Shown here piece after piece: positions 49,319 to 63,414 of a stretch of DNA of 64,000 nucleotides (the stretch's first letter is position 1; the number at the start of each line of letters is the position of its first letter). The notes beneath the pieces were generated by a model. The model searched no databases. It had not been told where the DNA came from and saw only the letters and a list, made by a program, of their open reading frames with translations. The translations under genes and the position numbers were made by a program. Source of the stretch: Pristiophorus japonicus (taxonomy: Eukaryota); assembly GCF_044704955.1 (NCBI RefSeq), contig NC_091978.1:209808001-209872000 (forward strand), read 5' to 3'.

Positions 49319-51120
49319 GACCCGGAATTTGTGGTGGGTAATAACAGCGAACGAACCACATTTGCTGTTATTACCTCTTTGAAACTGACCACAGGTCAGC
49401 GCATGCACATCCCAACGCAGAAGTCCTGAAGTTACTGTCAGTCATTCACTGCTTCGACACTGGCTGCGCTGTGTCCCTCCACCACTTCCCCATAGTCGGC
49501 AATCAGTGCAATCAGGGAAATCAGTTCTTCCTCGGTAATATTGCTGTGAAATACCCCATTAAAAGTTCATCCTTGTTGGATTAGGTGTAACTGGCGTTTT
49601 CATAGTGTCTCGCCTGCTAAATAAATGTTATGGCCCTGAAAAACTAATTTTAGTTTTGCGGGGTGTCAAATTTCTCCATTATAATAAAAATCACATTTTT
49701 AAGAAACTTTAAAAGAAACTTATATATTTTAAAAGGTTGTTCATATTTATTTTAGGTTTACCTTTTCCCCAGGTGAGAACCCCAATCTTTGTTTTGCTCC
49801 CTATAACATTTTTTAAAAGTCAGAATAAAAGAAGCTTATTCACTTCCTGGTTCTCTGTCTGTGAGAATTCTGCAGTGTGATTAGCTGCTTAGACAGCATG
49901 TTGCTGTCACACCAGCTCGCACTAGGAATTCCTACTACACTGCACTGATCTCAATTGCACATTGAAAAAGCCAAACTTCTCAGAAGAATACAAGAAATAG
50001 GAGCAGGAGTCGGCCATACGGCCCCTCGAGCCTGCTCTGTCATTTAATATGATCATGGCTGATCCGATCATGGCCTCAAGTCCACTTCCCTGCCCATTCT
50101 CCATACCCCTTATTCCCTTATCGTTTAAGAAACTGTCTATTTCCGTCTTAAATTTATTCAATGTCCCAGCTTCCACAGCTCTCTGAGGCAGCGAATTCCA
50201 CAGATCCACAACCCTCTGAGAGAAGAAGTTTCTCCTCATCTCTGTTTTAAATGGGCGGCCCCTTATTCTAAGATTATGCCCTCTAGTTCTAGTCTCCCCA
50301 AATAGTGGAAACATCCTCTCTGCATCCACCTTGTCAAGCCCGCTCATAATATATGTTCCGATAAGATCACCTCTCATTCTTCTGAATTCCAATGAGTAGA
50401 GGTCCAACTTACTCAACCTTTCCTCATAAGTCAACCCCCTCATCTCTGGAATCAACCTTGTGAACCTTCTCTGAACTGCCTCCAAAGCAAGTATTTCGTA
50501 AATATGGAAACTAAAACCGTACGCAGTATTCCAGGTGTGGCCTCACCAATACCCTTTACAACTGTAGCAAGACTTCCTGCTTTTATACTCCATCCTCTTA
50601 GTAATGAAGGCCAAGATTCCATTTGCCTTCCTGATCACTTGCTGTACCTGCATACTAACATTTTGTGTTTCATGCACAAGTACCACAGCACTTTGCAATC
50701 TTTCTCCATTTAAATAATAACTTGCTCTTTGATTTTTTTCTGACCTCATACTTTCCAACATTATACTCCATCTGCCAAATTTTTGCCCACTCACTTAGCC
50801 TGTCCATGTCCTTTTGCAGATTTTTTTGTGTCCTCCTCACACATTGCTTTTCCTCCCATCTTTGTATCATTGGCAAACTTGGCTACGTTGCACTCAGTCC
50901 CTTCCTCCAAGTCGTTAATATAGATTGTAAATAGTTGGGGTCCCAGCACTGATCCCTGTGGCACCCCACTGGTTACTGATTGTCAACCTGAGAATGAACC
51001 ATTTATCCCTACTCTCTGTTTTCTGTTCTCGCCACAGAGATCGCAAGATCTTTCTGGGCAGCTTTCTTTGGGGCCAGCGGTGAACACATTTGTTTCACCG
51101 CTGACCACAAATTATGAGTC
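49319..51120. mobile_element. MITE-like DNA element interrupted by a CR1
   Basis: Imperfect TIRs GACCCGGAATTTGTGGT and ACCACAAATTATGAGTC; interior is reverse-complement similar to 52930-53690. Confidence 0.7.
49985..51028 (-). mobile_element. CR1 3' fragment
   Basis: ORF 49922-50485 is the CR1 RT C-terminus; [10 protein letters not shown] near 50950. Confidence 0.9.
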
Positions 51121-51729
51121 AATTAATTTATCAACCTTCTTAAACAGTGCCTCCTTATGGTCAGCTACAGGGGGCATCAATGGCAGCTGTGGAGAAATCT
51201 TCAGGAGCATTACTTGTTGCCTGGAAAAATATATTTAAAAAATATAAAGGAAAAGGCAGCGATTTTGAATAATAGCTGTGTGTTAGTAGATAGTTGGGAA
51301 AGAATTACTGGGAAGGGGTGGTGATTTGCTTTGACCATTGTGAGTCTGTATGTGCACTCGGAGCTATACAGCTCATACACACAGAGCTGCACATCACCTT
51401 TGTAGTTTTTGACAGACAGACATTTTATTAGAAATAAGGCAATATGCAGGATATAAAAAGACCATTGTGGTCCTTCTGGCTGGTTCCAAAGATCAAAAAA
51501 TGTACACTATAGCCTAGACATTTCTGTAGCCGGGGTATTAGACACTCTTGAATGACATTCTTCTGTCCATTATTTTCCCTCTTTGCAGTGTGAGTCCGTG
51601 TCTCCTGGTTACAGAGTTTCTTGTCATGCCTAACAATTTATTAGGGTTTATTTTTTATTATAACTCTCAAAAACTTTGACAACATCTCCCCTGAGCATTC
51701 TTTACTCCAGTCTGAAAATTTCCATCTTT

Positions 51730-52539
51730 GTGGGCAAAAATTTGGCAGATGGAGTATAATGTGGGAAAATGTGAAGTTATCCACTTTGGCAGAAAACATA
51801 GAAAAGCAAATTATAATTTAAATGGAGTAAAATTGCAATACAGAGGAACCTGGAGGTACTTGTGCATGAAACACAAAAAGTTAGTATGCAGGTACAGCAA
51901 GTGATCAGGTAGACAAATGGAATGTTGGCCTTTATTGCACGGGGGATAGAATATAAAAGCAGAGAAGTCCTGCTACAACGGTACAGGGTACTGATGAGGC
52001 CACACCTAGAGTACTGCGTACAGTTTTGGTCTCCGTATTTAAGGAAGGATATATTTGCATTGGAGGCTATTCAGAGAAGGTTCACTAGGTTGATTCCGGA
52101 GATGAGGGGGTTGAGTTATGAAGATAGGCTAAGTAGGTTGGGCCTATGCTCATTGGCATTCAGAAGAACGAGAAGTGATCTTATCGAAACATATAAGATA
52201 ACGAGGGGGCTCGACAAGGTGGATGCAGAGAGGATATTTCCACTCATGGGGAAACTAAAACTAGGAGACATAGTCTTAGAATAAGGGGCCGCCCATTTAA
52301 AACTGAGATGAGGAGGAATTTCTTTTCTAAGAGGGTTGTAAATCTATGGAATTCTCTGCTCCATTTAAGGCGGAGATAGACAGATTTTTGAGCGATAAAG
52401 GAATAAAGGGTTATGGGGAGTGGGCAGGGAAGTGGAGCTGAGTCCATGATCAGATCAGCCATGATCTTATTAAATGGTGGAGCAGGCTTGAGGGGCCTAA
52501 TGGCCTACTCTTGCTCCTATTTCTTATGTTCTTATGTTC
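51730..52539 (+). mobile_element. CR1 3' fragment
   Basis: [13 protein letters not shown] motif; TTCTTATG tail. Confidence 0.9.
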
Positions 52540-52929
52540 GAATGTGCCTTTCTCCTCATAGCTAAGGTGCCACATTCCCACTATCAGTTTAATTATCCTC
52601 CTCTATACTCTCTTTGTAACCTCCAAAGGTAGGATGTTTCCAATGCAGTACAGTGACCCGAACTGTACAAAGTACTCCAGATCAATCTGAACCTGTGCCC
52701 TATACAATCACACAATTACCACCAGGACTTAGATTTCTGCCATTGCATTCTTGTTTGCCTCTTTCCTGCTGTCACACACTGCTCTTATGGTGTCAACAAG
52801 GTATCCAGCAGGACTCCTAGACCCTCCCCTGTGTTGTGCCCTGCAGTCTATTCCCATTCATTTTATATTCCAACTTCTTATTCTCCTATAACAATAAGAA
52901 GGGATATGGGGAAAAGGCAATGGCCCAAT

Positions 52930-55900
52930 GGCCCTGAATTTGCGGTCAACAGCAAAGTGAAAGCCCTAAAGTACGCTTCCCGCAAGGATTTCGCAATCCC
53001 TGTGTCAAGAACTTCAGGTTTTCCGACCTTGAGGTCAATTCAACAGAAGTTAATCGGAAGCCACTTGTGCGAGCTGCTGTGACGTTAACAAGCTGTCTAA
53101 GCAGCCAATCAAAAGGCAGAATTCTCACAAACAGCAAACAAGGAAGTGAGTAAGTTGTTAAAGTTCTATCTTTTAAAAAATGTTCGACAGCAAAAGAAAG
53201 ATTTGGGCTCTCACATGAGGAAAAGGCAAACCTGAAATAAAGATGCACAAACTTTAAAGAATCTAAGTTTTTTTTTAAGTTTCTTAAAAATTGTAATTTT
53301 TATTATAATGGAGAAATTTGACACTCCACAAAATAAAAATGAGCTTTCCAGATTTTTAACCTTTGTTAAGCAGCCAATATGCTGTTAAAACCCGAGTTAC
53401 ACCTAATCCCTCTGCATCTAACTTTTAGTGGGGAATTTAACAGAGTACTCACTGCAGAAGAGCCGAGGTTTTCGTCAGTTTCAATGATTTACAATATTTC
53501 ACTGATTGTCGACTCTGTTGGGAGGGCAGGGGGTGGCGGGGGGTCAGTCACAGTGCAATCAGTTTCGGAGCTGTCATTGACAGACCACAACTTCGGGCTT
53601 TGCGTATGCGCCAAATCCCAAGGTTATGGTCAGTTTCAAAGATGATATGATGACATACTCTGTCAATTCGCTGTCATAGCAACTGCAAATACATAGAAAC
53701 ATAGAAACATAGAAAATAGGTGCAGGAGTAGGCCATTCGGCCCTTCTAGCCTGCACCGCCATTCAATGAGTTCATGGCTGAACATGCAACTTCAGTACCC
53801 CATTCCTGCTTTCTCGCCATACCCCATGATCCCCCTAGTAGTAAGGACTTCATCTAACTTCTTTTTGAATATATTTAGTGAATTGGCCTCAACAACTTTC
53901 TGTGGTACAGAATTCCACAGGTTCACCACTCTCTGGGTGAAGAAGTTCCTCCTCATCTCGGTCCTAAATAGCTTACCCCTTATCCTTAGACTGTGTCCCC
54001 TGGTTCTGGACTTCCCCAACATTGGGAACATTCTTCCTGCATCTAACCTGTCTAACCCCGTCAGAATTTTAAACGTTTCTATGAGGTCCCCTTTCATTCT
54101 TCTGAACTCCAGTGAATACAAGCCCAGTTGATCCAGTCTTTCTTGATAGGTCAGTCCTGCCATCCCGGGAATCAGTCTGGTGAACCTTCGCTGCACTCCC
54201 TCAATAGCAAGAATGTCCTTCCTCAGGTTAGGAGACCAAAACTGTACACAATACTCCAGGTGTGGCCTCACCAAGGCCCTGTACAACGGTAGCAACACCT
54301 CCCTGCCCCTGTACTCAAATCCCCTCGCTATGAAGACCAACATGCCATTTGCTTTCTTAACCGCCTGCTGTACCTGCATGCCAACCTTCAATGACTGATG
54401 TACCATGACACCCAGGTCTCGCTGCACCTTCCCCCTTCCTAATCTGTCACCATTCAGATAATAGTCTGTCTCTCTGTTTTTACCACCAAAGTGGATAACC
54501 TCACATTTATCCACATTATACTGCATCTGCCATGCATTTTCCCACTCACCTAACCTATCCAAGTCGCTCTGCAGCCTCATAGCATCCTCCTCGCAGCTCA
54601 CACTGCCACCCAACTTAGTGTCATCCGCAAATTTGGAGATACTACATTTAATCCCCTCGTCTAAATCATTAATGTACAGTGTAAACAGCTGGGGCCCCAG
54701 CACAGAACCCTGCGGTACCCCACTAGTCACTGCCTGCCATTCTGAAAAGTCCCCATTTACTCCTACTCTTTGCTTCCTGTCTGACAACCAGTTCTCAATC
54801 CATGTCAGCACACTACCCCCAATCCCATGTGCTTTAACTTTGCACATTAATCTCTTGTGTGGGACCTTGTCGAAAGCCTTCTGAAAGTCCAAATATATCA
54901 CATCAACTGGTTCTTCCTTGTCCACTCTACTGGAAACATCCTCAAAAAATTCCAGAAGATTTGACAAGCATTATTTCCCTTTCACAAATCCATGCTGACT
55001 TGGACCTATCATGTCACCTCTTTCCAAATGCACTGCTATGACATCCTTAATAATTGATTCCATCATTTTACCCACTACCAATGTCAGGCTGACCGGTCTA
55101 TAATTCCCTGTTTTCTCTCTCTCTCCTTTTTTAAAAAGTGGGGTGACATTGGCTACCCTCCACTCGATAGGAACTGATCCAGAATCAATGGAATGTTGGA
55201 AAATGACTGTCAATGCATCCGCTATTTCCAAGGCCACCTCCTTAAGTACTCTGGGATGCAGTCCATCAGGCCCTAGGGATTTATCGGCCTTCAATCCCAT
55301 CAATTTCCCCAACACAATTTCCCGACTAATAAGGATTTCCCTCAGTTCATCCTCCTTACTAGACCCTCTGACCCCTTTTATATCCGGAAGGTTGTTTGTG
55401 TCCTCCTTAGTGAATACCGAACCAAAGTACTTGTTCAATTGGTCCGCCATTTCTTTGTTCCCCGTTATGACTTCCCCTGATTCTGACTGCAGGGGACCTA
55501 CATTTGTCTTTACTAACCTTTTTCTCTTTACATATCTATAGAAACTTTTGCAATCTGTCTTAATGTTCCCTGCAAGCTTCTTCTCGTACTCCATTTTCCC
55601 TGCCCTAATCAAACTCTTTGTCCTCCTCTGCTGAGTTCTAAATTTCTCCCAGTCCCTGGGTTCACTGCTATTTCTGGCCAATTTGTATGCCACTTCCTTG
55701 GCTTTAATACTATCCCTGATTTCCCTTGATAGCCACGGTTGAGCCACCTTCCCTTTTTTATTTTTACGCCAGACAGGAATGTACAATTGTTGTAGTTCAT
55801 CCATGCGGTCTCTAAATGTCTGCCATTGCCCATCCACAGTCAACCCCTTAAGTATCATTCGCCAATCTATCCTAGCCAATTCACGCCTCATACCTTCAAA

Positions 55901-57259
55901 GTTACCCTTCTTTAAGTTCTGGACCATGGTCTCTGAATTAACTGTTTCATTCTCCATCCTAATGCAGAATTCCACCATATTATGGTCACTCTACCCCAAA
56001 GGGCCTCGCACAACGAGATTGCTAATTAATCCTCTCTCATTACACAACACCCAGTCTAAGATGGCCTCCCCCCTAGTTGGTTCCTCGACATATTGGTCTA
56101 GAAAACCATCCCTTATGCACTCCAGGAAATCCTCCTCCACCGTATTGCTTCCAGTTTGCTGAGCCCAATCTATGTGCATATTAAAGTCACCCATTATAAC
56201 TGCTGCACCTTTATTGCATGCACCCCTAATTTCCTGTTTGATGCCCTCCCCAACATCACTACTACTGTTTGGAGGTCTGTACACAACTCCCACTAACGTT
56301 TTTTGCCCTTTGGTGTTCTGCAGCTCTACCCACATAGATTCCACATCATCCAAGCTAATGTCCTTCCTAACTATTGCATTAATCTCCTCTTTAACCAGCA
56401 ATGCTACCCCACCTCCTTTTCCTTTTGTTCTATCCTTCCTGAATGTTGAATACCCCTGGATGTTGAGTTCCCAGCCCTGATCATCCTGGAGCCACGTCTC
56501 TGTAATCCCAATCACATCATATTTGTTAACATCTATTTGCACAGTTAATTCATCCACCTTATTATGGATACTCCTTGCATTAAGACACAATGCCTTCAGG
56601 CTTGTTTTTTTAACACCCTTTGTCCTTTTAGAATTTTGCTGTACAGTGGCCTTTTTTGTTCTTTGCCTTGGGTTTCTCTGCCCTCCACTTTTCCTCATCT
56701 CCTTTCTGTCTTTTGCTTTTGTCTCCTTTTTGTTTCCCTCTGTCTCCCTGCATTGATTCCCATCCCCCTGCCATATTAGTTTAACTGCTCCCCAACAGCA
56801 CTAGCAAACACTCCCCCTAGGACATTGATTCCGGTCCTGCCCAGGTGCAGACCATCCGATTTGTACTGGTCCCACCTCCCCCAGAACCGGTTCCAATGCC
56901 CCAGGAATTTGAATCCCTCCCTGCTGCACCACTGCTCAAGCCACGTATTCATCTGCGCTATCCTGCGATTCCTACTCTGACTAGCATGTGGCACTGGTAG
57001 CAATCCCGAGATTACTACTTTTGAGGTCCTACTTTTTAATTTAGGTCCTAGCTCCTTAAATTCGTTTCGTAGGACCTCATCCCTTTTTTTACCTATGTCG
57101 TTGGTACCAATGTGCACCACGACAACTGGCTGATCTCCCTCCCTTTTTAGAATGTCCTGCACCTGCTCCGAGACATCCTTGAGCCTTGCACATACCATGG
57201 AGGCAACATACCATCCTGGAGTCTCGTTTGCGGCCGCAGAAACGCCTATCTTACAGGGC
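52930..57259. mobile_element. MITE-like element whose right TIR is split by a CR1
   Basis: Left TIR GGCCCTGAATTTGCGGT; right TIR halves ACTGCAAAT (53682-53690) and TACAGGGC (57252-57259). Confidence 0.65.
53691..57250 (-). mobile_element. Young CR1 LINE; ORF2 in a single frame with two premature stops; ORF1 5'-truncated
   Basis: ORFs 55991-56698, 54971-55978 and 53792-54967 share one frame; intact [24 protein letters not shown]; (CATAGAAA)3 tail. Confidence 0.97.
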
Positions 57260-57340
57260 TGATGAAAGAGTGTAGTTGATGCGCTTGCACTGGCACAGAT
57301 ACAATGTACCAAATGGCCTCCTCTGTATTATAAATTCCAT

Positions 57341-57908
57341 GGCCAGAAAATTCCTCAGAGCTGCTCCCGCTCCGCCGGCATTATTTCACCAAACACACGG
57401 CGGAAACCTATTTACGTGCCTAAACAGGGTTTCCACCACACTTTTGCCGATGTAACACCAGCAGAATGGAATCAACTTCAGGAATTTCCCAGATTCTATG
57501 GGCTGGATTTTCTTTACCTCGGCACGTCCAGGGCAGGTGACGTCGGTGGCAGGCCCCGACCCTGCTGCTGACTCCATCCCACTCTAGAAAGTGAACTTTC
57601 TTTAATTGGGCTTGTTAAGCTTGCCCAGCGTGTTTCCCGGGCCAATTGGAGGAAGCGGGTCTGGTGACGTGATTCATCACGCATCATCAGCTGGTTTCCT
57701 TTAAAGGGACCATGCCAACTTTCTTTTAACATTTGTGCTGTCAGTGTGGTACAGCATTGAATTGCTGCAAACATGGACAAGCACTGCACAGAGGTGCAGG
57801 GCTGCACCCAGGTTCCCCTATGACTCCCTCCATATGCTTATGGAGGGAGTCAGAGCACGGAGGGAGGTCCTCTTCCCTTCCGATGGGCGGATGAGACCTC
57901 CCCAACAC
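57341..57908 (+). mobile_element. Terminal fragment of a second Harbinger element with the start of its Myb/SANT gene
   Basis: Begins GGCCAGAAAATT; encodes RAAPRFPYDSLHMLMEGVRARREVLFPSDGR, resembling a Myb/SANT N-terminal helix. Confidence 0.6.
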
Positions 57909-58060
57909 AGCTTAGTCCACATTAAGTAACACCTTCCACATCAACCCAATTTGCTACATCATTAAATCATCAGTCAGCATGGGGGGCACTGTGGTATTAA
58001 GCAATTAAGCAATTTTGTTTAAAAACCAAAATATTTGTATCATATATAACTAACAATATG

Positions 58061-58178
58061 GGGGTAAATTTTCACCTTCACTGCCTGGGTGATAGACTGG
58101 CAGAGCAGATTGCCCACCCATTGTAGAACTCACTCCGCCTAATTACCAATCAGGTAGTAAAGACATCAACATTACCCC
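58061..58178. mobile_element. Short MITE
   Basis: Inverted ends GGGGTAA and TTACCCC, flanked by the 3-bp direct repeat ATG. Confidence 0.5.
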
Positions 58179-59172
58179 ATGGTATTTTTTCAGTTTCACA
58201 ATTTTTCTGATCTTAACTGTGCAATAAAATGTTTTAAAAGTATATATAATTTTTAAGATACTAAGGAGTGCAATAACTGAGTTTCCTCTTCAATATGTAA
58301 CTGGTACTTTTACAGGCTTTAAAGGATGTAGGATGTTCAATATATTTGATGTGATACATGCAGTGTCTATCATCAAAAAAGCAATTTCCTCCAAGTCAAC
58401 TTAATTTCTTATGCAAATGAACTGTCATTTACACACAGCAAAGATAATGCAGTTTTGCCAGGTTATATATTCCACTGACATTTAATTGTGACGTGTTTTC
58501 CTTTTTGGCCCAACGAAACTAAATGTCAAATGGAAGAATCCAAAATTGATCTGATTTTAAAGTGACCACTTTGACTATTTTTCACCTGATTAAGTCATAA
58601 CCTACAGTTCTAAAAAATAAACACATTGAAGAATGAAAAGTAACCTTTTACAATTTAATTTAATTCAGGGCTTTCCTTCAACTGAAATATGAATAAAAAC
58701 TTGATCCATTGCATAATTCTCATTATGTAGTAACCATGCAAGAAATAAACTATTGTGGAAAGGTAATTTCTAATCTAAAGTGCACTATAACTTCTTTTTT
58801 GTTTATATTTGTGCTCTTCAAGGTGAGGCATTAAGTATCCCCAATCTAGGTATAGCACGGCCAGATATAGATATATTTTACATTGTAAACACATACCAGC
58901 CAGCAACTGGGTTTAGGCTGCAAATTGGGTGAGATTGCCAATTTGTGCTCAAATGTGGGAAGCTTAGTGCTGTGGGCCAATGTCTACTAGGAAATGAGTT
59001 CAAACACACATTTTACTTAAGGTCTTAACCTTTTGGAGATAAAGGAAACTTTCATCTCATCATTCTGGGCTAGATTCTTGAGCTCCAGAGATGAAAGGTG
59101 AGTGTGCCAACTCCCACCTAAATAACAAGTTAAAAGCAACAAAATCATTTTCTGCAAATCTGCCATAATTAC

Positions 59173-59425
59173 TTGTGATTTTAGAGCACCGTCCTCCAAG
59201 ACCACAATGTCGTATTTTTCGTCCCTGGAATAGTCCATAGTAAAGGTGTCCCATAAACTTTGCCATTTCTGGATCAGTGGCATTTACAATGTCAGCCCCA
59301 GTTTTGCACAGAATAGTACCAGTCACCCATCGTGTTGTCCCTAGTGCCACAGTCAGCAGGATTACAGAAACAAAACTTACAGTAGCAGCCATGGAAAAGA
59401 GAGCTATCTTCAGGCGATTGGGCAT
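59173..59425 (-). CDS. CLRN2: Clarin-2 coding exon 1 (253 nt)
   Basis: [11 protein letters not shown]...[18 protein letters not shown]...[23 protein letters not shown]; GTAATT donor starting at 59172; 253+180+266 = 699 nt = 232 aa plus stop. Confidence 0.96.
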
Positions 59426-61779
59426 CACATCAAATGTAACTTCAACTACCCGCCTCTGTGAATTTCTTAATAAGTGAATGGCTCAGTGAGATCACCCAGG
59501 TGCAATTAAAGAAAAGTTGCTTCTGTACAAATTCTCTTCCTAGCCAGCTTCCAACCCCATTTTCATGTTTTAACATTCACAACTGAAATAGTATAATAAT
59601 TCAGAATGAAGCAACTCAGATGTAGTTTATCCAATGTTCCATCATATTATTGTTGCTGTTCAATTGTTGTTGTTTACACTTTCTTCTAAATTTTCTTCTA
59701 AATACTTGGTGCAGTTCTCCAAAATAGAAGATCTAATAATCATCACAGTGTCTCAGAGTTGCAACTATTATAGAGATTTCTAACCATCGCTTGTCTGATA
59801 TGGTCACTTGGCTGTTGTCACCTCATCGATGATTTCAGTTGTGTTTAGTAAGCGTCAGTATCACCAGGCCAGAATATGCTCAGCACAACAATAAAGTGAA
59901 TATCAGCATGACTGTAAAAGAAAAAAGAAAATCAGAATAGATGAAAATATTTAGCTATCAGAAGAATGCACTTCTCAGATATGCTTATATCCTAATGACT
60001 GGCATCATCTGTCAAAATCAAAGACTCACTAACTCCAGTCTTCAGGATAAGGAACCCATCTTCAATTGAGGCTGTAACACACTGGGATAGAGTTGAGAGT
60101 TGCTATTTCTGATGCTGATATGTTTGTTGCCCGATATGAACGTTTTCCATTCCCCAGGACCAGTGTCATTCGTCTTGATCAGCACGAAATTCACAAAAAG
60201 TAGGAAAAAAATGTAAAAACTTTGCCAGTCCCCTTGAGTTTATATTACTGTGAGTGCTGTTTAACAATGGAGCATCAAGTTATACAACAATGTCACATTC
60301 TGAGTAAAGCTTTCTATACGGATATCAAATTTGCTACTGACTTTGATATTTACAGAATTACAAATTATATATACTAAAATATTTATTAGTAAACATTGGA
60401 ATTCAAAACTAAATCTAACCCTCACAGTTTTACAGTTGTTTGAACAAATAGCACACAACCTTTTTATTGTCTTACAATGCACCTACCTCTTGTCAGACAA
60501 TTAGGGAACAGAATTCTTTATAATCAGGGGAACGTCTGTAGTCCAGACCATTCTATTCTCCAGCCGGCATGAGAAAAACTACTTCCCATAGGGATATTAA
60601 AATAAATAGAAACATTGGAAACTTAAGGAATTATTATTTTAAAACAATTAACATGCTTATTTATTTCAGAATTGACCTTTCACTGCTTATGTAATCCAAA
60701 GTCCAATGTGTTCAAATTGATTGTTCTGAACTGTTTTTCTTTCTCAGTCCATCGTCATTGTAGCTGCAGTATCCTCGTAAAATATGCTACGGTGGAGCAA
60801 ATCCAACACTCTGGGTCTATGGTAGCCAAAGGCATTTTTCTTCAAGAAGGTATTTCTCATCAAAGGAACACAGTAAGTGAATCTGTAATCTGATTGTAAG
60901 TGATTCATTGGAGTCTTAAAGCAGTCCATGTGACCATCTCCTAGGTTACTGTGCTGCTTAGTTCTCACTGCCTTATCCTATGCTTATCAAGAGACATATA
61001 AATAATGAAACTTCTGCAACAAGATAGGCACTGTGTCAAATTCAGAATAAAATTATCTCCGATATAACGGTACTCTTTTTGTTTAAAGGAGGACAATGGC
61101 TGTCAAATTCTGCAACCCACCTTTTGATTCCTGTTTTGTGAAAGGTAGATTCTCAATTTAATAACTTTAGCAAAATGGTCTAACTATGGAAAATCATTTT
61201 TCTAGACTGGTCACATTAAAGTTATGTAACCAATCCAAACACTCAAACACGGTTGACCAATCATAGTATAATTAATCTGCCAAATCACAAGCATGCTGTA
61301 GATTTGTACATTTGAAGAATATATCTGGTTAATGAAGTTGGACTTTGCTTTTTATATCTTGCAAGCAGGGAACTATTGTGTGTTGTCAGTATGATATGAA
61401 CTAAACATGAGAAAATTTAATTAGTTGTGACCCAGCGCGTGTCCTATACAAGAGCTCTATTATTCATATGAATACAGAGGGATAGGGTAGCAGTTCAGTG
61501 CAATCTACCCAATACAGTGTTGCAGGACATAACATAGTGGAACATGAATTGTAGGTCTGGCAGGAATCCAGCAGAAACAGTATCTGCTGGTTCCCCCCAT
61601 TCACATTCTGTTGCGTTCCCTATCACCTTGAATCTATTTTACTCACCTTTGGTCTTTATTTTGCCTTTTTACTACTTGCCTGAGATGATCTCTACATGCC
61701 ATCCAGCACGTTTCATCTTTTTCTAGCGTTGTAACAACAGTTTGCAGGTTATTCAACCCACCAGCTCTGTAATAATAGT

Positions 61780-61976
61780 TAGCATGTCTGTGTTCTCACC
61801 CTATCTATTGTTTTCCTTACCTCTTTGTTTTGATCAGTCCCATAAAAGGGCTCTTCTACTTGCCTACGCTTCTGATAAGGGTCATCACCCAAAACATTAA
61901 CATATCTTTTATCTTTTAGATGGTGATGGACCTGTGTATTTCCAGCATTTTCAGTTTTGATGTCAGATTTCCAGCT
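61780..61976 (+). mobile_element. Degenerate Penelope-like 3' terminal remnant
   Basis: CTGATAAGGGTC..ACCCAAAACATTAAC...ATTTCCAGCATTTTCAGTTTT parallels 48841-48932. Confidence 0.55.
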
Positions 61977-62189
61977 GAAATGGCCACCTGTTTGTGCTCG
62001 AACTGGACAGACTTTCTCCTGATGAACTGCTTGGTACTGAAGGCAAAGAAGAAAGAGTCCTTATGTACAGCAGAACAGAACTGGAACTCCCTGCTTGCCA
62101 TTAAGGGTTCTTTTATAATAAGTATATGTAATCAATCTAGATATAATTAATGTTAAGAAAATGGAATGGTTGTGCACACTTTGGGTACA

Positions 62190-62345
62190 ATAGGGTCGTG
62201 ATTATGGCATTGGACTAGCAACCAGAGATCATGAGTTCAAATCACACCATGGAAAGTTGTGAAATTGAATTCAATAAATCTGTCCATGAGCAAAAATTAT
62301 CATGAAAACTGCCAGATTGTTGTAAAAACCCAATTGGTTCACAAG
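62190..62345 (+). mobile_element. tRNA-derived SINE head, HE1-like
   Basis: TGGACTAG...GAGTTCAAATCACACCATGG B-box region, then TTGAATTCAATAAATCTG. Confidence 0.5.
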
Positions 62346-62799
62346 TGAAGTTACATTTATTTAAATAAAACTGTAATAATAGTTCTTGTAATTAAAAAAC
62401 CGCGATTACAACGTTTGCCATTAGAACTTTTTGTTTCTTTGGTGAATACACGAGGTTGCACTGTGACAGAATTTGGTGAACGTTATGGGGAATAGAGACC
62501 AAAAACAGAAAAAATATCTAACAAGCAATCAGGATATTAACTGTAATTTACTGGAAAGATAAATAATACTTGTGCCTTGTATTTATTTTTACTTTAAAGA
62601 AAGGCTGCGAGGAACAAACAGTTAGATAGAAACAGCGAGAAAGCAAATAGATGACTTGTCCATTTTGGGTGGCAACCAAACATGCTGTTGAAGGCATTGG
62701 GGCAGCCAAATAAAAAGCAAAAATGCTGTAAAATGGTGGAAATCCAAAACAACACCAAAAAAAAAGCTGGGGACACGCAACAGTTCAAGCAACATCAAG

Positions 62800-63075
62800 G
62801 TGGACATCCACAGGTCCAGGTTGGACACGGCCTGTGGGTGTGGTCGCATTGGCTACCTGCCTCTCATCCACAATCTTGTCTGTGCCCGGGTGGCCGTGGA
62901 GAGGGAGCACATGGTGTTTGTTCACTGGTATACTTGAGGCTTCTGTGAACAGGGATTAGAGGGTATAGTGGACACGAGGAATAACATTGATATTTAATTT
63001 TATGTTTCTATTGTTTTAAGGTTTAGTTCCTTCTTAGTTGTGTCCCTCTAAAAAGGGTGCACTTTTGTTTTTATG
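62800..63075 (+). mobile_element. Possible Tx1-like LINE 3'-end fragment
   Basis: Translates in pieces as ARVAVEREHMV..TGILEA..GLEGIVDTRNNIDI*, followed by a T-rich tail. Confidence 0.4.
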
Positions 63076-63414
63076 ACATTGGGACAACCCAGGGTCTCGT
63101 TAGTGGTTTATTTAGAAAAGGCACCTGTTGAGAGAACAGACAGTGGACGTTTGATTTTCCTGCTCTTCTTCAGTACTTGGCACTGCTGTGTGTTCCAGCT
63201 TTTTCTATTTACATTGTAGAGTGTGTAGTGAGTCCTCCAGAGGCAGGGTGGTGCTAAGGCAGGATGGACTCGGCTCTTCTTGCAGACTGTGCTTGGATTG
63301 TATGTTTTATTGAAGGTTTTTAGCTGACGTTTCGATATCTGTGGCCGGACTGAAAGAGCGTGCAGGTTGTAGTTAGCAGAGCCGATTTGTTTTTAGTGCG
63401 AGAGAGAATCAGCA

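Noticed and set aside
59500-62800. Short ORFs of 60-90 aa between CLRN2 and QDPR, and the many ORFs antisense to CR1/Gypsy
   Set aside because: No recognisable motifs or splice structure; consistent with chance or shadow ORFs.
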